Source: Selaginella moellendorffii | Taxonomy: Eukaryota; Plantae; Lycopodiophyta | Assembly: GCF_000143415.4 (NCBI RefSeq) | Contig: NW_003314326.1 | Location: 995,575 to 1,059,574 of the forward strand | Direction: 5' to 3' | Length of the DNA stretch: 64,000 nucleotides | Program-made: the position numbers and the translations under genes | Notes under the pieces: generated by a model | Told to the model about the DNA's origin: nothing | What the model saw: only the letters and a program-made list of their open reading frames with translations | Database searches by the model: none | In this document: positions 59,782 to 64,000 of the stretch, in pieces | Numbering within the stretch: position 1 is the first letter of the stretch | Layout of the letters: each line of letters begins with the position of its first letter

Positions 59782-60896
59782 TGTAAGGCACAAAATTTTT
59801 TCTTTCCAATTTGCCAGCTTACCTCATCTATCCGACCAATACTACCTTGGCTTTAGCTAAATTCCCTCGCTAAGGTTCTCACCTATTGTACCTGCTCTTA
59901 CTTGGTCCTACTTGGTTTCAACTATTCACTGCACAAGCAACAGAGCGTTAGCTATCCATCCACGGATTTCCAAATCTCTCTCAATCCCCCTCCCAAGGTT
60001 AGACTAGACTTAAGGTTCCGTTACACTCCCCATAGGCACAAGAAACTAAACATACTAAGCCTCCAAGTTCCTAACATCCTTTGGTATGACAAGACTTGAT
60101 CATGGGACCTCTAAATCCTAAGCCTTAGGTGCAACATTTGCTTTGGGACACTGGGGGGAAACACTCTGGCCTAATGGCCTGGTATGGGTACCTCTACCCC
60201 CCCACTTCCATCCCGAAAGGAAGGCTCAAGCCCCTAGAAAGGGTGAGGATCAATGAGTTGCAAGGTACTTAAGTGGGGCACCACTCCACATGAGCCGGAA
60301 CATCGTAATAGGTTTCCCTTCTGGGAGTGGGAGCTGCTCTTGAGCACTTCCTTGGGTGGCCTTTCTAGCACCACCTAAGTCCATGCTCACTCCCACCCAA
60401 GGCCCTTCGGCCCATGTTTCAACCTTAAGTCAGTTTGGAAGTATCACTAGAGAGTTCCTTCAAGACTGATTCTTAGACCTCACTATCCCTACTATACTTT
60501 TGGAACTCCGTGTAGCCCACCACCCCCCCCCACCCCCCCGGGAAACACACGCTTTGGGTTTTCACCCCACAACCCATATTAGTATTCGGACAATCTCAGA
60601 CTCGATCTGAGACCCGACCTCGAACTCTGTCTCAGACTCGACCTTGGACTTGGTCTTGGACCTGATCTCGGATCTCGGATCTTGGACTCGGTCTCAAACT
60701 TGGTCTTGGAGTCAGTCTCAAACTTAGTCTCGGAGTCAGTCTCAGACTTGATCTCGAACTCGGTCTTGAACTCGGTATTAAAGTCAGTCTTGAACTCGAT
60801 CTCGGACTTGGTCTCATCTGATGAACTCTTTATCATTTCAATTATGCTTTTAGGGATCCTTTAGCCTTTGACACCTTAGGGATTTGGTTCCTTACA
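59782..60896 (-). mobile_element. 5' LTR of family-B element B2
   Basis: TGTAAGG..CCTTACA, with a 12-bp degenerate array at ~60595-60815. Homologous to 11694-14370 and 18420-19365. Confidence 0.87.
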
Positions 60897-61697
60897 TCAT
60901 GGAACCACTAGAACAACTTATAGAACCACCAAAAAACTAACATTAATCTTGCCAACTCAAGTGTCGCTTTGAGTTGCTAATGTGCCTCACTTACGAGCTC
61001 AAGTGCAAGCTCATGCAAACAAAACATTTTAATCCATCCTATGAGCCCAAGCACAAGCTCATACAATATGGTATAAAAGCTAACCAAAATTCATACCTAA
61101 GGAATGAATGTGAAGTCTTAACACCTGAACGTGTACCCACTTGAATCATCATTTTCATCTCTACGTATACAACAAGACTACTTGCCCAATCTCATTGGAT
61201 AGTACTCGCTGAGACGTATCCTTTAATACCAAATATAACACATGTTGTTTTCACCCTTTATCCTATAGTGATTTACTATAAAATAATCATGAAGCAGAAC
61301 CTAAATCCTCCATGTGCCACATGTCACATGCCACATACCATATGCTACATGTCCCTAAGGATAGTGGAGTGGAACTTAAAAAGGGCCTTGGGCCATTGAA
61401 TGAAGGAACAAAGACAAACTCCTAAGCATGGAGCTAAAGAGCGAAAAAACCAGAGCATGGAGCAACTCTCAAGTGTTCAACCCAAGGAGCAAAGGGATAG
61501 GAGCACAGAACAACTTGGAACAGTCCTAGAGCATTGAATATCCCAATGCCAAGACCAACACGCAAAATAGAACTAAATGGAGTCTAGTGCTATTTTAGCA
61601 TACTAGTGGCCTAACGCGAGGATATGGGTACTCCACCAGCTAGCATGGAATGGAACTTGGGCTTAGACCCAAACCAGATGCAAGACAAGGACAAGCT
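60897..61697 (-). mobile_element. Family-D leader, PBS and truncated 5' LTR (61234-~61697)
   Basis: TAATACCA PBS complement at ~61224, immediately before sequence homologous to 15686-16160. Confidence 0.6.
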
Positions 61698-64000
61698 CAA
61701 ACTTGGTCCTAGACTCCATCTTGAATTCAATCTTGGAGTCGGTCTTGAACTCAATCTCAGACTCAGTCTCGAATTTAGTGTTGGAGTCGGTCTCAAACTC
61801 GATCTCGAACTCGGCCTCATCTGATGAATTCTTTAACATTCCGATTGTGGGTTCAAGGATCCTTTACCCTATAACACCTTAGGGAGTTAGTTCCTTATAA
61901 CTCCACCATCCATAGAAGAAGTTCAATGCCCATATCAAACGTCTCTTTTTAATCCTACTACTTGTTAACTATGTCTTCAAGGGCATCCCGCCACTTAGTA
62001 GTGTGCTTAAATCAGCCTCTCTGGCTAAGAGCCCATGACAATGGGATAAAGGTGTCCCTATACCCCTCACCTCATGATGCCCTAGTATAAGGTTGGGATT
62101 TGAACCTAACCTGGCTTTACTAGAGGGTTGGGACTCAAACCCAACCTCTATAAAATACATCTATGGATTCTACATCTACACAAGGAGTTGTGCATAACTA
62201 CTTATGCCTAGTCGACCTAGCTAACCCATGTTAATTAGCTTACCTTCGGTGCACCCTTGGGCCTTAACATATGACATTTCTCAATTTCATAAATGGATAC
62301 TTTTATTGAACTTTGCATAAGTACATAAGGTTCTATCTTTCCACTAGATCTCATATGTTCATTGGGTTTTTCTTTGGTTCTCGTGTTATTTCGTAGTGTA
62401 GAAATCCTTTCCACTTTATATGAAATTTCCTCACCTCATGTCTTTATCATTTGCTCTTACATGCATTAAAGATGGCCTCGACCTTGTATTCCTCTTCCCC
62501 TTGAATAACTTCGGGTAAAAGTCTTACTTAGTCCTTGCAAAACAGATCCTCAAAGTATGGCTTGAGTAAATTCACGTAGAACATAAAATGCATCTTCCTT
62601 ATTATATCTTGAGGAAGTTGAAGGTGATAAGCCACTTTACCAATTTGAGCCTCAATTTTATAAGGCCCCTTGAACTTGCTGTAGCGCAAGTGGTTTTCAC
62701 TCTTTATCTTATGATGATTTACCATAGAATAACCATAAAACAAAATCTAAACCCTCCATATGCCATGTGTTATATTCCATGTGTCCCCAAGGATAGTGGA
62801 GTGGAATTTGAGTTTTAGAGCCTTGGGTCACTGAATGAAGGAACGAGGCTAAACTTCTAAGCATGGAGCCAAGGAGTGATGGAACCAAAGCATAGACCCA
62901 AGGAGCGACAAAACCAAAGTATGGAGCAACTCCCAAGTGTTCAGCCTAAAGAGCAAAGGGATAGGTGCATGGAGTGATTTAAAACAGTTTTAAAGCATTG
63001 AACATCCCGATGTCAAGACTAACACGCAAAATGGAGCCAAATGGAGTCTGGTGCTATTTTAGCATACCAGTGGCGTAATGTGAGGATATGGGTACTCTAA
63101 AAATCCATCCTTTGTACCAGGAGTTAGTCTTTGTGACTAACTTGAAACTTATTAAATATGGAATGGCACTAGATTGCAAATTTGGACATGAGATGAACAC
63201 TATTGTGTTTAGGACAATCTCTACATTTTATAAATATGCCAAATTAGCAAATTTAGATACTTTCATGTTTATTTAGCTAAATATAGGTGCTAAGCCTAGT
63301 TTACTAACACTTGAACAAAAGGGATTGATAAAGGGTCTAACAATGCCAACCTCCTACCATTGTGGCAGTAAGGAAAGAATATCTGAAAGAACTACCCAAT
63401 AAGTAATTTTTGATACCCATAGTTACATTTGTGACACTCTTGCTTAAAAAACTTAAGATTAGTTCATTTCCAAGAATATATGCATTTTTACCTTTAGGTC
63501 AATTGTCGGTTGATCCCACTTGGTAGCCTTAGGTTCTTGGTGTTTAGCCACACCTTCTCCCTAAGTTAAAACTCTATGTCCCGACACTTTTGGTTTGCGT
63601 ATTTGATTTGCCTTTGTTAAGCCCATTCTAAAGAATCCCTCATTAGATTCTAAATGTTGAGTTTTTCCGCCGTGAACACCTCCACTATGGGTAACTCTCC
63701 ATGATACCTGGCCATACCGAGTTCCATAGAACCTTCAATAGCTCGCCCATTGATGACTTCCCATAGACTCACCCCAATACTCAAATATGGTGAGTTGTTA
63801 TAGCACATTTCTATAAGTCCTAAATGACTTACCCAATCAATTTGGTCTTTGGAGACATAGTATCATAAATAATCCTCCAGATGCCTATTAACCCTTTTAG
63901 TTTGTCCATTTGTTAGGAAGTGTAATTGCCATCAAACTTGACTCAATACCCAAGCCTATCTATGGGTGATAAGAGTGTTCTGCCCTAATTTAAGTTTTAC
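61698..64000 (-). mobile_element. Family-B fragment B3: LTR end, PPT, 3' UTR, chromodomain, integrase
   Basis: LTR end ..TTCCTTATA + ACTCCACCATCC at ~61899; KWKGFLHYEITREPKEN; SKFKGPYKIEAQIGKVAYHLQLP..VNLLKPY. Confidence 0.8.
62680..63438 (-). mobile_element. Solo-like family-D LTR in the B3 integrase
   Basis: Flanked by CTTGC (62675-62679 / 63439-63443). Removing it restores a ..SKFKGPY reading. Confidence 0.65.

Larger units (their letters stand above)
18420..60896 (-). mobile_element. Family-B Ty3/gypsy chromovirus B2, split by a 35.5-kb nested block
   Basis: 5' LTR 59782-60896 with PBS TAATACCA (59771-59778); decayed gag-pol 55358-59722; 3' UTR and PPT 19366-19824; truncated 3' LTR ~18420-19365. 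Confidence 0.82.

Overview
Eukaryotic land-plant genomic DNA. Compact genes with ~50-60 bp introns and TTTAGGG repeats suggest the lycophyte Selaginella, which is an inference only. The first ~8.4 kb is gene-dense: ATG6/Beclin-1, an intronless FCP1/SCP-like phosphatase, a PR-10/Bet v 1-like gene and TOP3-alpha, plus shuffled ATG6/PR-10 fragments and a MITE. The remaining ~55 kb is a deeply nested transposon pile, resolvable by target-site duplications (TSDs). It holds a decayed Ty3/gypsy chromovirus (family B), several copies of a ~7.5 kb non-coding LTR element (family A, LARD-like) inserted into each other, three Cassandra-type TRIMs carrying 5S rRNA promoter boxes, a second TRIM (family E) and another LTR family (D). 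Most notable is a 9.5 kb TIR DNA transposon (Sola-like DDD transposase, 4-bp TSD). It carries a second multi-exon gene (putative GRF zinc finger + acidic tract + FCP1-like HAD domain) and ~20 copies of a 22-bp palindrome, ATGGCRTG-N6-CAYGCCAT, which I saw only inside this element. A covarying structured-RNA module (twin tRNA T-loop hairpins, GACA hairpin, three-way junction) is shared by LTR families A and B. All coordinates and alignments were read by eye.
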